Shown piece by piece: positions 52,183-60,966 of a stretch of 64,000 bases of DNA. A program made the position numbers and the translations under genes. Where the stretch lies: the NCBI GenBank assembly GCA_030950485.1, contig JAUZRK010000001.1, forward strand, positions 103,998 through 167,997. The letters run 5' to 3'. The stretch comes from Candidatus Dojkabacteria bacterium (lineage in GTDB: Bacteria; Patescibacteriota; Dojkabacteria; J137). The notes beneath the pieces are model-generated. The model ran no database searches. It was given only the letters and a program-made list of their open reading frames with translations, and was not told where the DNA came from. Numbering within the stretch: position 1 is the stretch's first letter; the number at the start of each line of letters is the position of its first letter.

Positions 52183-53138
52183 AATTCTTCGACTGGAATG
52201 AATACGCATTTAAAAGTAAGAGTGATATCAAATCATTAAAACCATTGGTGTTTTTAGCCGCTCCGAGGAAATTAAGTGAACAATATGTAGTAAATTTATT
52301 CAAGAGTTATGCTACGAGTTCCAATGTACTTATAGGTATAGCTAAAGAGGACTTTATTAAAGGTTTTGAAGACCAAGAGCAATTTCGTACTTTGAAGCTT
52401 ACTGATATAGAAAATTTTGTCGATAAGGTTCGGAAGTCTAAGGCTAAAGATCGACTGCATTTTATTGAATACTTCCAAGATGATCTAATCCATATTTTAG
52501 AGAAGATACCTTTTAAAAAAGTACTGTTTGTTAACGGGTCATGGAGTAGAGTCTTCCATACAAGGTCTGAATTTTATACTTTGGTAAAAAATAAAATAGA
52601 TTATGAACTAGTCTCTGCGTTTAGTTCGGAAGAAGAGGCGAAAGAGTATTTTAAAAGTATAAAGTCAAAAGTACAAAAAGATACAAAGAAAATTAAAATT
52701 GGACATATATTTAAAGATGATAACGAGGCGTTTGAACTTGTAGATAACATAGCTAAATTCAGTTTTGACAATTCTTTTCAGACCGGAGCAGTCTTAACTA
52801 AGAATAAGAAGTTACTTGCTTATAGTTGGAACAGGGTCGTGCCGTATGAAACGTACGCTTTGTTAAACGGTTATCAAAGAGAAATTCATTTAAGTCCGCC
52901 TAACGATACTAATCATTACGATACTAATCACGCGGAGGTTGAAATGTTAATTAAGGCGAATAAAGAAAATATTGATTTAGCTGGAACGACTCTTTATATA
53001 AATTTATTACCTTGTCCTAGTTGCGCAAGAATGATTTGCAATACTGAAATTTCTGAGATTAAATATAAGATCGATCATAGTGAGGGTTATGCGTTTGATT
53101 TGCTCAAAAAAGCTGGGAAGGAGGTGGAGAGAGTTTAG
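52179..53138 (+). CDS. unknown N-terminal domain fused to a CMP/dCMP-type zinc-dependent cytidine deaminase domain
   Basis: HAEVEML .. PCPSCARMI (H[AC]E..PCxxC) in the C-terminal 140 aa; overlaps the upstream gene by 4 nt. Confidence 0.55.
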   Translation: MKFFDWNEYAFKSKSDIKSLKPLVFLAAPRKLSEQYVVNLFKSYATSSNVLIGIAKEDFIKGFEDQEQFRTLKLTDIENFVDKVRKSKAKDRLHFIEYFQDDLIHILEKIPFKKVLFVNGSWSRVFHTRSEFYTLVKNKIDYELVSAFSSEEEAKEYFKSIKSKVQKDTKKIKIGHIFKDDNEAFELVDNIAKFSFDNSFQTGAVLTKNKKLLAYSWNRVVPYETYALLNGYQREIHLSPPNDTNHYDTNHAEVEMLIKANKENIDLAGTTLYINLLPCPSCARMICNTEISEIKYKIDHSEGYAFDLLKKAGKEVERV

Positions 53139-53469
53139 AGTTATGGGTTTTGGGTTTATAGTGTACTAAAATTTTCGTACATTCTTTAAAAATTTAATCT
53201 GTATTATTCACCTCATAGGGGGATAGAAAACCTAAAGATCTGTATTAATCCGTTTAATCAGTTAAATCTGTGTTCTATTTTCAATGGTCAAATTGAACAC
53301 TGATAAAACTGATCAGTACTGATTCTATTACAATTTGAACAATTTACTTTTGACTTTATATTTTTAACTTTTTACTTTATTTATAGTTAAAGGGATCATT
53401 TAAATGTTTAGTTATAAGCCAACCGGCATACGGGGTTTGATATAGTAAACTAAACAATTCAGCTCTTAA

Positions 53470-53640
53470 AAAAATTAGTGCAATCCCCTCCTACGGAGGG
53501 GTACCCGACAGGGCAGGGAGGGTAGCGAGCATTTAAAAAGCTCTCGAGTCAGGATTTAACATACCCAACCCCTTCCGTATTAGCTACGCTAATCCACCTT
53601 CCCGAAGGGAAGGATTAAAACATAAATACAGAGTGAGACT
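53470..53640. ncRNA. GC-rich structured island upstream of thyA (candidate riboswitch or small RNA), flanked by AT-rich direct repeats
   Basis: hairpins cccctcc/tac/ggagggg, ccttccc/gaa/gggaagg and gtgaga/ctttttt/ctcac; long-range gggagggtagcgagc vs gctacgct..ccaccttccc complementarity. Confidence 0.3.
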
Positions 53641-53719
53641 TTTTTCTCACAACTTTTATTTTAGAATAATTAGGATAATTTGCTTTTGACTTTATACTTT
53701 TAACTTTTTACTTTGCACT

Positions 53720-54673
53720 ATGATCCATCCAGAATACGAATACCTAAAACTTTTAGCGAAGCTTTTAAAAAATGGTAAGGGAAAAAAGACTAGAGGGATA
53801 CATGGAGGGAAATCTCTTTTCGGATATCAAATGCGATTTGATTTTCGACATGGATTTCCAGTTTTAACTACGAAGAAAATGCCTTGGAAGATTATGACGA
53901 GGGAGTTACTTTGGTTCATTTCTGGTTCTTCAAATATTAGGAAGCTACAAGAAAAGGGGATTAAGTATTGGGATGATTTTGCAGATACTGAGGGAAATCT
54001 CGGTCCGGTTTATGGTGTTCAGTGGAGAAAGTGGCCTGCTTTCACGCCTTTAACTCAACCTAAACCTGACTTTTATGCGCACGAGATGAGTGAAACAGAT
54101 TCGTTTAAATCTGATTTTCCTAAGCCTAAATATTGGGTTGATGAGAATGGAGATAAACATGAGTTTGATAATAAAGTTGGTTTGTATCAGAGGACTGAAC
54201 TTGATCAGTTAAAGTGGGCAATTAGTGAGATTAAAAATAATCCCGATTCTAAGGCGATTATTGTTCAAGCTTGGAATACTGCTTACTTAGATTCGATGAG
54301 ATTACCTCCTTGTCATACTATGTTTCAATTCGATGTTACTAAGGGTAAGTTAAGATTACATCTTTATCAAAGAAGCTCTGATGTATTTCTAGGGTTACCG
54401 TTTAATATTACGCAGTACGCTCTTTTATTAGCTATGGTCGCGCACGTTACGGGCTTAGAGGCGAGAGAGTTTGTTGTTAGTATCGGTTCGGCTCTACTTT
54501 ATTATAATCATATTGAGCCTGCGAAGGAGCAGCTTAAAAGAAAACCTTATCCATTCCCAAAACTTTGGTTAAATCCGGAGGTTACGGATATTGATAATTT
54601 TAGCATTAAGGATATAAAGAGGAAGGGGTATGAGGCTCATCCAAGGATTAAGGGGGAGTTGGTAGTGTTATAA
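53720..54673 (+). CDS. thyA: thymidylate synthase ThyA
   Basis: catalytic Cys in LPPCHTMFQF; 317 aa with a typical ThyA insert. Confidence 0.8.
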   Translation: MIHPEYEYLKLLAKLLKNGKGKKTRGIHGGKSLFGYQMRFDFRHGFPVLTTKKMPWKIMTRELLWFISGSSNIRKLQEKGIKYWDDFADTEGNLGPVYGVQWRKWPAFTPLTQPKPDFYAHEMSETDSFKSDFPKPKYWVDENGDKHEFDNKVGLYQRTELDQLKWAISEIKNNPDSKAIIVQAWNTAYLDSMRLPPCHTMFQFDVTKGKLRLHLYQRSSDVFLGLPFNITQYALLLAMVAHVTGLEAREFVVSIGSALLYYNHIEPAKEQLKRKPYPFPKLWLNPEVTDIDNFSIKDIKRKGYEAHPRIKGELVVL

Positions 54674-55046
54674 ATTAAAACGATTAACAACCTAAATTTA
54701 TGAAATACCTTTTGCATCCATAAAATACTGGATTGCATAACTAAAAAGGTGCTACACTTTATATACAACTTAGCTGTTGAACGAATCAAGAGTATTCTTA
54801 CCTCTGCTCTTGTTAATTATCATTTGAATTTTGATCATGTAGTGACTCTGATACTTGATCAGTATTTAAATACTGAATTATTTTATTTATTAATATACTC
54901 TTTATGAAGTATAAAACCAAATCAGAACGAATCCAGCCCTTGGCTCAAAAGCTCTTGCTACTAGCTTATTCAGAGGTTATTCATAAAAATAAAGCTTATA
55001 CAAATACAATTATCCTGAATAAAGCACATCTTACACTCAGTACAGT

Positions 55047-55160
55047 CTCTAGAAATTTACGATTGAAGGGATGTAAAATACAAACCCGGTGCAGTCTCGA
55101 GTGATTTACGACCGAAGGGATGTAAATTGTATCGAGAGGCGGACACCCCCTCCGCTTCGC
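55047..55160. repeat. two tandem copies of a 35-bp unit containing the dyad ATTTAC-N12-GTAAAT, followed by a GC-rich hairpin
   Basis: gtctctagaaatttacgattgaagggatgtaaaat / gtctcgagtgatttacgaccgaagggatgtaaatt. Confidence 0.5.
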
Positions 55161-55175
55161 TCCAGGCACTCGACA

Positions 55176-56615
55176 CTACACTTTTATAATAAGCTTATTA
55201 TAAATATCAATATGCCCCTGGAGCATTTTTCTTAGAGTAAATTTATTCTCAAAGCTATCTCTACAAACGCTCCTATCAACTTGATTAATTTTCTCCATCA
55301 CTTCAACTAACTCATCGACAACCCTAGACTCACCATAATAGAAATCTCTCACCTTCTTCATCTTACTCTCATAATAACTCTTTCTCTTTTCCCGGTCAGA
55401 ATCATTAATAACAAAACCATTTTTCCCATTTTCTATCAGCTCTTTTGTAGCCCCATTATCTAAACCTATAACCGGAGTCCCACATGATAAGGCCTCTATA
55501 GTAACCATTCCAAACGGCTCCTTAAATATAGAAGGTACTAACAACGCCTTAGCATTCCCTAAAAATTTCTGCTTAGCTTTGTCGCCTGAAACGTATCCAA
55601 CGTATTCAACTGTATCATTTAGTTCAGGCGCAATTACAGAATTCCAATATGAATCATTCGACTCATCTGAATAATGCTTTCCTGCAATCTTTAGAGTTAC
55701 GGGTTTCGAGTTTCGGGTTGCGAGTTCCTCATTATATTTTTTTACTGCAGCTATTGCGTAGTGGACCCCTTTTGGTTCAATTATTCTCCCGAGATAAGCA
55801 AAATATTCTGTATCATTTTGGCCAGCAGGAGCAGGACTTGGCTCACCAGCTGGAGATGGGTTGTACCCTGGTCCTAAATATTTTGGCTTAAACCTTTTTT
55901 CATCAATTCCATGATAAACATTCCCAACCCAATTCGTATCATCCGGCATATCTTCTCTTTGAGATAGAGACATTGAGATAAAATTTCTATCTTTATATTT
56001 CGGTAAAATAGTTCGATATTTCGTTAGAAAAGAGTAGGGATCATGATGCGTAAATACAACTGGCTTATTACAAAGCCCGCTCATCTCAAGTGCGATCTGT
56101 TCTTCCAACATGTAAACATGAACAATATCAAACATATCATCATTAGCCATTTCGTAGGCTTTGGCTATTATTTCAGATTGAAAATGTCTAGAGAGAGTAG
56201 TGAACAGTAAGGGATGTTTTTTAAGGAGTTCTTTTAGACCGTAACCCCTAGTTTCCAGTTCTTCTTTCAGTAGGGTTTGGTCTGCGGTGATGTTTTTTAC
56301 GGTAGGGGCAAAATATCTTTTACCTTTACTCTTTTTTGTTGGATCAAAAAATCTTTTGCCCTTACTGTTATCTCGACCAACAACCCCAGGCGAAAACAAC
56401 GTAACCTCAGCTCCTGCCTCGGCAAGACCATTTGCAAGATCAATAGCAAGATCTCCCGGAGAAAATATATTATCAGACATCAATTCATCCGACATAAAAA
56501 TATGCGGACAAACGAATGCAATTCGTATTGGAAAATTAGGGGCTGTCATCTGCTCTCGTAGGGGCAAAATATTTTTTGCCCCTACGGATTCGATTACATT
56601 ATTTTTCTTCCTCAT
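55176..56615 (-). CDS. GT4-family glycosyltransferase with several in-frame repeat insertions
   Basis: EPFGMVTIEALSCGTPVIGLDNG near the C-terminus; family A palindromes at 56293-56368 and 56557-56586; family C repeat at 55694-55726. Confidence 0.6.
   Translation of the reverse strand: MRKKNNVIESVGAKNILPLREQMTAPNFPIRIAFVCPHIFMSDELMSDNIFSPGDLAIDLANGLAEAGAEVTLFSPGVVGRDNSKGKRFFDPTKKSKGKRYFAPTVKNITADQTLLKEELETRGYGLKELLKKHPLLFTTLSRHFQSEIIAKAYEMANDDMFDIVHVYMLEEQIALEMSGLCNKPVVFTHHDPYSFLTKYRTILPKYKDRNFISMSLSQREDMPDDTNWVGNVYHGIDEKRFKPKYLGPGYNPSPAGEPSPAPAGQNDTEYFAYLGRIIEPKGVHYAIAAVKKYNEELATRNSKPVTLKIAGKHYSDESNDSYWNSVIAPELNDTVEYVGYVSGDKAKQKFLGNAKALLVPSIFKEPFGMVTIEALSCGTPVIGLDNGATKELIENGKNGFVINDSDREKRKSYYESKMKKVRDFYYGESRVVDELVEVMEKINQVDRSVCRDSFENKFTLRKMLQGHIDIYNKLIIKV
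56557..56586. repeat. palindrome cgtaggggcaaaatattttttgcccctacgg in-frame in the GT4 gene (ESVGAKNILPLRE)
   Basis: family A element; degenerate copies at 56293-56330 and 56343-56368. Confidence 0.75.
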
Positions 56616-56707
56616 CTAGAAAATCTAGATCTAGTTCATCAGAAAGACCTTCTTCGTTGTAATCGTATGTATCTGTATCAGCCATATTTTTGTTTTAATA
56701 TAAAATA

Positions 56708-57109
56708 TTATAACTTACCCATAAATTGCCAGCAATTTCCTTCAGGATCTTTCCAAGCACAAACATAGACTTGGTTCTCGACAGTAGCAAATGGAGTAAG
56801 TATAGGTTCTTGAATAATTTTACATCCAGTATCTCTAACTTTCTCATACCACTTTTGAACTTCATCTGTATTTAAATTTATCATTCGTCTAAGCGGGTCT
56901 TTAGTCACGCCTTTTATAGAATCATGATGGCCTATCCAAAGAATATTCGTGTCGCTCAGTTTTAAATCATGGCCATAATCTTTTTCTAAACCATCTTTCG
57001 CTGGGATGTCAGTTTTAACTAAATATTCTAGTTCTAAAACATCAGTGTAAGATTTAGCAAGTTCGTCTGGATTCTCGCTCCAGAAAAGAATGTATTTTGA
57101 TTGAAACAT
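56708..57109 (-). CDS. VOC/glyoxalase-family protein (intact paralog of the 10366-10758 pseudogene)
   Basis: 133 aa; WIGHHDSIKGVTKDPLRRM. Confidence 0.5.
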   Translation of the reverse strand: MFQSKYILFWSENPDELAKSYTDVLELEYLVKTDIPAKDGLEKDYGHDLKLSDTNILWIGHHDSIKGVTKDPLRRMINLNTDEVQKWYEKVRDTGCKIIQEPILTPFATVENQVYVCAWKDPEGNCWQFMGKL

Positions 57110-57129
57110 AATTTATTAGCGTAATTAAT

Positions 57130-58611
57130 TTAATCTAACACAATCTCCTCATCAATCTCCGCATTAGGATCTCGATCAACTCGATCAAAGTTATTAAATA
57201 AAACTCCCAGAGACTCTGCTTTATCTTTATTCTCTCTAAGATAATCAAATAGACTTCCCATTTTATTTACCCCGTTTCCTGTTTCTCGACCCAACTCGAT
57301 ACCCGCAACCCGTAACTCACCTCCCGCTACTCCTAACTTAATATTCGCAGCTACTCCAATCATCGCAGCATTATCTCCAGTCAGCTTAGAAGAGTAGGGA
57401 TACTTTAATTTAACATCATTCTTCTTACATAAACTTCTAAATTCTGATCTTAATCTCTTACTTGCAATAACCCCTCCACCAAGCCAAAGTTCACTTGGAT
57501 TATGCTTCTTTATAGCTCTTTCTAATTTAACTTTTAATTGAGTAATTGCCGAAGCTTCAATCATTACGCATAGATCATTTATTTGATCTCCCGATAAGTT
57601 CTTAGTTTCTTTATTAAGTTGATCTTCAATAGTTATCTCATCTTTTACCAATGAATTAGTTAATTCTTTAAAAGCAGTTTTTAAACCTGAAAAACTAAAG
57701 TTAAAATCTCCAGATCTATACATAGGAATTGGAAGAGAGTAGCTAGTGCCACTTTCTTTATTAGTACCTATAACATTTGTGCTTTTATTATTCTTTTTTA
57801 TTTCAATTTTAAATTTCTTTCTTTGATCATCTGCAAACCTACTAACTGTAGGACCTGCAGGATATCCTAATCCAAGCATACGCCCAGCCTTATCGTAATA
57901 TTCTCCACATGAATCATCTAAAGTAACCCCAATTTTTTCGTAATCTCCAATCCCATTTACTTTAATCATTTCCGTATGCCCCCCAGATATAAGAAAGCCC
58001 AGTACTGCTTTTCCTTCCCTTGAGGGAAGGTCCCTGAAAGGGGGATGGGTGATTTGACCATGTTCTTTATCGTGCTTAATTTTTACCTTAGAATTTCTCT
58101 CAACAAAACCAGACAACAAATGCCCTTCCATATGATTAATAATCATCAAAGGCTTATCAAATTTTTCAGCTAAAGCAATGGCCTTTCTAACTCCAACCTC
58201 TAACGCAATAGCTAATCCAGGACCATAAGTAACAGCAACTAAATCGACTTCACTCATATACTTTCTTAAATCACTTTCTTGTGTTTCCCCCTCTCCTGGG
58301 AGAGGGCTGGGCCTGTCCGAAGCTGCTGCATCGTTGCTGGCGGAGTGAGGGATAGCTCTTTTTAAAGCTTCCACCACTACATTATCAATCCTCTCTGTAT
58401 GAGCTAACTTAGCAAGGCTTGGCACAACACCTCCATATTTTTCGTGGTATTTTTGTTGAGAAGGCATTACGCTAGATAGAACAGTAGTACCTCTAACAAT
58501 TGAACAAGATGTTTCATCACAAGATGTATCAATCGCCAAAGTTGTAATTTCGTTTATAGATTTAGAATTCATTAGGTAATTATACCAAATGAAATTAGAT
58601 CGAACCTGCAA
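57130..58611 (-). CDS. tsaD: tRNA N6-threonylcarbamoyladenosine synthase TsaD (Kae1/Gcp), extended by insertions
   Basis: LAIDTSCDETSCSIV and INHMEGHLL motifs; 493 aa vs about 340 typical; contains a family B palindrome (58287-58307) and a family C repeat (57285-57318). Confidence 0.7.
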   Translation of the reverse strand: MQVRSNFIWYNYLMNSKSINEITTLAIDTSCDETSCSIVRGTTVLSSVMPSQQKYHEKYGGVVPSLAKLAHTERIDNVVVEALKRAIPHSASNDAAASDRPSPLPGEGETQESDLRKYMSEVDLVAVTYGPGLAIALEVGVRKAIALAEKFDKPLMIINHMEGHLLSGFVERNSKVKIKHDKEHGQITHPPFRDLPSREGKAVLGFLISGGHTEMIKVNGIGDYEKIGVTLDDSCGEYYDKAGRMLGLGYPAGPTVSRFADDQRKKFKIEIKKNNKSTNVIGTNKESGTSYSLPIPMYRSGDFNFSFSGLKTAFKELTNSLVKDEITIEDQLNKETKNLSGDQINDLCVMIEASAITQLKVKLERAIKKHNPSELWLGGGVIASKRLRSEFRSLCKKNDVKLKYPYSSKLTGDNAAMIGVAANIKLGVAGGELRVAGIELGRETGNGVNKMGSLFDYLRENKDKAESLGVLFNNFDRVDRDPNAEIDEEIVLD

Positions 58612-58639
58612 CTTTTTTATACAAGTTCCAGTATTTATA

Positions 58640-58929
58640 AGCAGTGTTTTGATTTACTCTAACTATTAGTGAGTCATGTGCAATTGGCTCGAAGTCTGAC
58701 TTTTCTGGCTCACCTGTTATACCATTTACTTTTCGATATGTATCAAGTATCTCAAGAATAGAAGTTTCATTTGGCTGAATCGTTATACCTATTAAGTCTA
58801 TCTGTGAGTCCTTTCAAGCTTCTCTCAGAAGGATATTCGTGTCGACCTGAAGGCAATGCACGTGCATAATCCTCTAAACATGTAACCTCATCAATCGTAT
58901 CCTCTCTTTCAAAAATTTTTTTCAGACAT
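58640..58929 (-). pseudogene. decayed small gene (at least two frameshifts, one in an A7 run at 58916-58922)
   Basis: reading across frames gives MSEK|KIFEREDTIDEVTCLEDYARALPSGRHEYPSERSLKGLTDRLNRYNDSAK|PNETSILEILDTYRKVNGITGEPEKSDFEPIAHDSLIVRVNQNTAYKYW.. Confidence 0.4.
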
Positions 58930-59182
58930 ATTACTAATTCTTAAACGCTGAATTATAGCATCAAACTACTATCCCATTGCAAATTCAAACATTAGCGCAG
59001 TATCAAGTGCTTTTCGAGAGAAACGAGAAAAATGTATCGAGATACGGGAACAGAGTTATTCTCTATCCCTACTTCTCATTTCAAGCCTTGTCCAGCACTT
59101 GCCCCTCAACCCTAGTCTCTAGTCTCTAGTCTCTAATCACCAATATTATGATAAAATACACGATCAATATTAAAAAGATCAC

Positions 59183-59644
59183 ATGTCTAAATGCCTAGTC
59201 CTATATGGGACACTAACAATGAATACAGAAATAGTTGCGGAGAAGCTACACGAAGCTGTTGGTGAATTAGGTGTATTTGATGAATTAGAATTGATGAATA
59301 TGATTGAAATAACTGATACCTCTATTCTTGAAAGCTATGATTTTATTATAGTAGGTACTTCTACTTGGGGAGAAGGAGATTATAATCCGGATACAGATGA
59401 ATTTATTTATTTGCTTGAAGAGCAAAATCCCAATTTAGAAGGTAAGCCTTATTCAATTTTTGGACTTGGCGAAATTTCTTATGATGATTATTGCGGTGCT
59501 GCTAAAAATTTAGACAGAATGTTTTCAGATGATTTCAAAATGGTAAAAAAAGGTGAGTTATTTACTATTGATGGATATCCTGAATACGAGATATTAGAAC
59601 TGGTAAGAACCTGGATTAATACTATCTTAGAATCAAATATATAG
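59183..59644 (+). CDS. flavodoxin
   Basis: CLVLYGTLTMNTE flavodoxin signature and IIVGTSTWGEGD. Confidence 0.7.
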   Translation: MSKCLVLYGTLTMNTEIVAEKLHEAVGELGVFDELELMNMIEITDTSILESYDFIIVGTSTWGEGDYNPDTDEFIYLLEEQNPNLEGKPYSIFGLGEISYDDYCGAAKNLDRMFSDDFKMVKKGELFTIDGYPEYEILELVRTWINTILESNI

Positions 59645-59646
59645 AA

Positions 59647-59847
59647 TTATTTAGACCCAAAAATCCTAATTGCTACGTATATTCCAAAAGAAGAAAACAT
59701 TAAGAAGAATGTTGTAAGTAATGCTTTCCCTACTACGTCACCGTCAACTACTCCCCAGATTCCTAGAACTACAATAAATGCACTAATAACTAATACAGAA
59801 ATTATAGTTAAACCCAATGCTTTTCTCATTTTTTGTAATGAAGTCAT
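59647..59847 (-). CDS. small membrane protein
   Basis: 66 aa, two TM helices. Confidence 0.35.
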   Translation of the reverse strand: MTSLQKMRKALGLTIISVLVISAFIVVLGIWGVVDGDVVGKALLTTFFLMFSSFGIYVAIRIFGSK

Positions 59848-59862
59848 ATTTATATTTTTAAA

Positions 59863-60438
59863 CTATAAATTTATTATATCATTTATCAGTTCAGGATAAT
59901 CATATCCATGGTCGAAAGCTTCAGTTTCTATTAATTCAATGTTTTTAAATTCACCAAATTGCTCATTTATAAATTCAAAACTTCCTAATGGATCATTTGA
60001 ATTCTGAATGATAGTTATTTCTAATTTTGTTTTTCCAAGAACCTGCTTATATTTTTCTAACCTCTCATTTTTAGAATCTTCCTCCCAATTCTGAATCGGC
60101 AATCCCATAAAAACAACTTTATCAATCTGTTCTTCATAATCCTCAATCAGATTCAAAGAGAGTAGCGTCCCAATCGACTTAGCAACTATACTGTATTTCT
60201 CCCTCTCTTGGGAGAGGTCCGGGGTGAGGGTTTTCGGCACGATACCAAATTTATCACTCATCTCCTTCTCAATAACCCCCAACTCATAACTCCCTACCCA
60301 AGACTCATAACTCACATCATCCCATTTCCTCCATCTATGTTTAATTACATTATGTCCAGATTCCTCCAAAGCATCAGTAACTGATTTCCATTCTGCTTCG
60401 TTGTATATACCTTGTCCTGGTAGATAGAGTATGTTCAT
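59863..60438 (-). CDS. alpha/beta-hydrolase-like serine esterase with an in-frame family B palindrome insertion
   Basis: nucleophile elbow IVAKSIG; palindrome ccctctcttgggagagg (60199-60218) encodes DLSQERE. Confidence 0.45.
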   Translation of the reverse strand: MNILYLPGQGIYNEAEWKSVTDALEESGHNVIKHRWRKWDDVSYESWVGSYELGVIEKEMSDKFGIVPKTLTPDLSQEREKYSIVAKSIGTLLSLNLIEDYEEQIDKVVFMGLPIQNWEEDSKNERLEKYKQVLGKTKLEITIIQNSNDPLGSFEFINEQFGEFKNIELIETEAFDHGYDYPELINDIINL

Positions 60439-60468
60439 ATTATTTTAATTTATTCCAATATTCATTTT

Positions 60469-60966
60469 TTATATATTTCTGATCTTTGTACTTTGAATCA
60501 GAGATTTTTTTGCAATTAGCTTTGCGTCTTCTAAATACCTTTCTGTATAAACTCCTCTTATAACCGAGAGCATCATTAGCTTTTCCAAACTAATAACCAA
60601 AAAATCTTTTTCATCTAAAGCATTATCTTTTAATTCATCGTATCCAAAAAGCATAATACTATCCCAAAGTTCAAATTCATAAATTAAAATTCCATGATCT
60701 CCAAAAAGATCTGAGAATTGCGATTTTTCTTTAAAACCAGATTTATGTGGCTCTTCTAAAATATCTGCCTCATCAATCAATTTTTTAGAAAGTTCTAAAT
60801 GATCCCTTCTTATAAGAATCATGTCTATATCTTTATCCGATTCTCTAAGCTCATGATACATCATTGCAACTCCTGAAACTAAAAGTGGCTTATCCTTAAA
60901 TTTAAAATCTAATTTTGAAAGATTTATAAACTTCAGTGCTTTTTGTTTAAGATTTTTCTCATTCAT
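60469..60966 (-). CDS. minimal nucleotidyltransferase (pol-beta-like NTase fold)
   Basis: VSGVAMMYHELRESDKDIDMIL (GS..DxD). Confidence 0.45.
   Translation of the reverse strand: MNEKNLKQKALKFINLSKLDFKFKDKPLLVSGVAMMYHELRESDKDIDMILIRRDHLELSKKLIDEADILEEPHKSGFKEKSQFSDLFGDHGILIYEFELWDSIMLFGYDELKDNALDEKDFLVISLEKLMMLSVIRGVYTERYLEDAKLIAKKSLIQSTKIRNI

Noticed and set aside
53470-53640. SRP (4.5S) RNA in the thyA-upstream island, based on cagggcagggagggtagcgagc resembling the GGAA/AGCAG domain IV motif
   Set aside because: Similarity is partial (no GGAAG..AGCAGCC, no long terminal helix). Kept only as a generic structured-RNA candidate.
55047-55120. Mini CRISPR array (two direct repeats)
   Set aside because: Only two repeat units, with a spacer of about 7-14 bp that is far too short. 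No cas genes. The units themselves are dyad-symmetric operator-like sequences.
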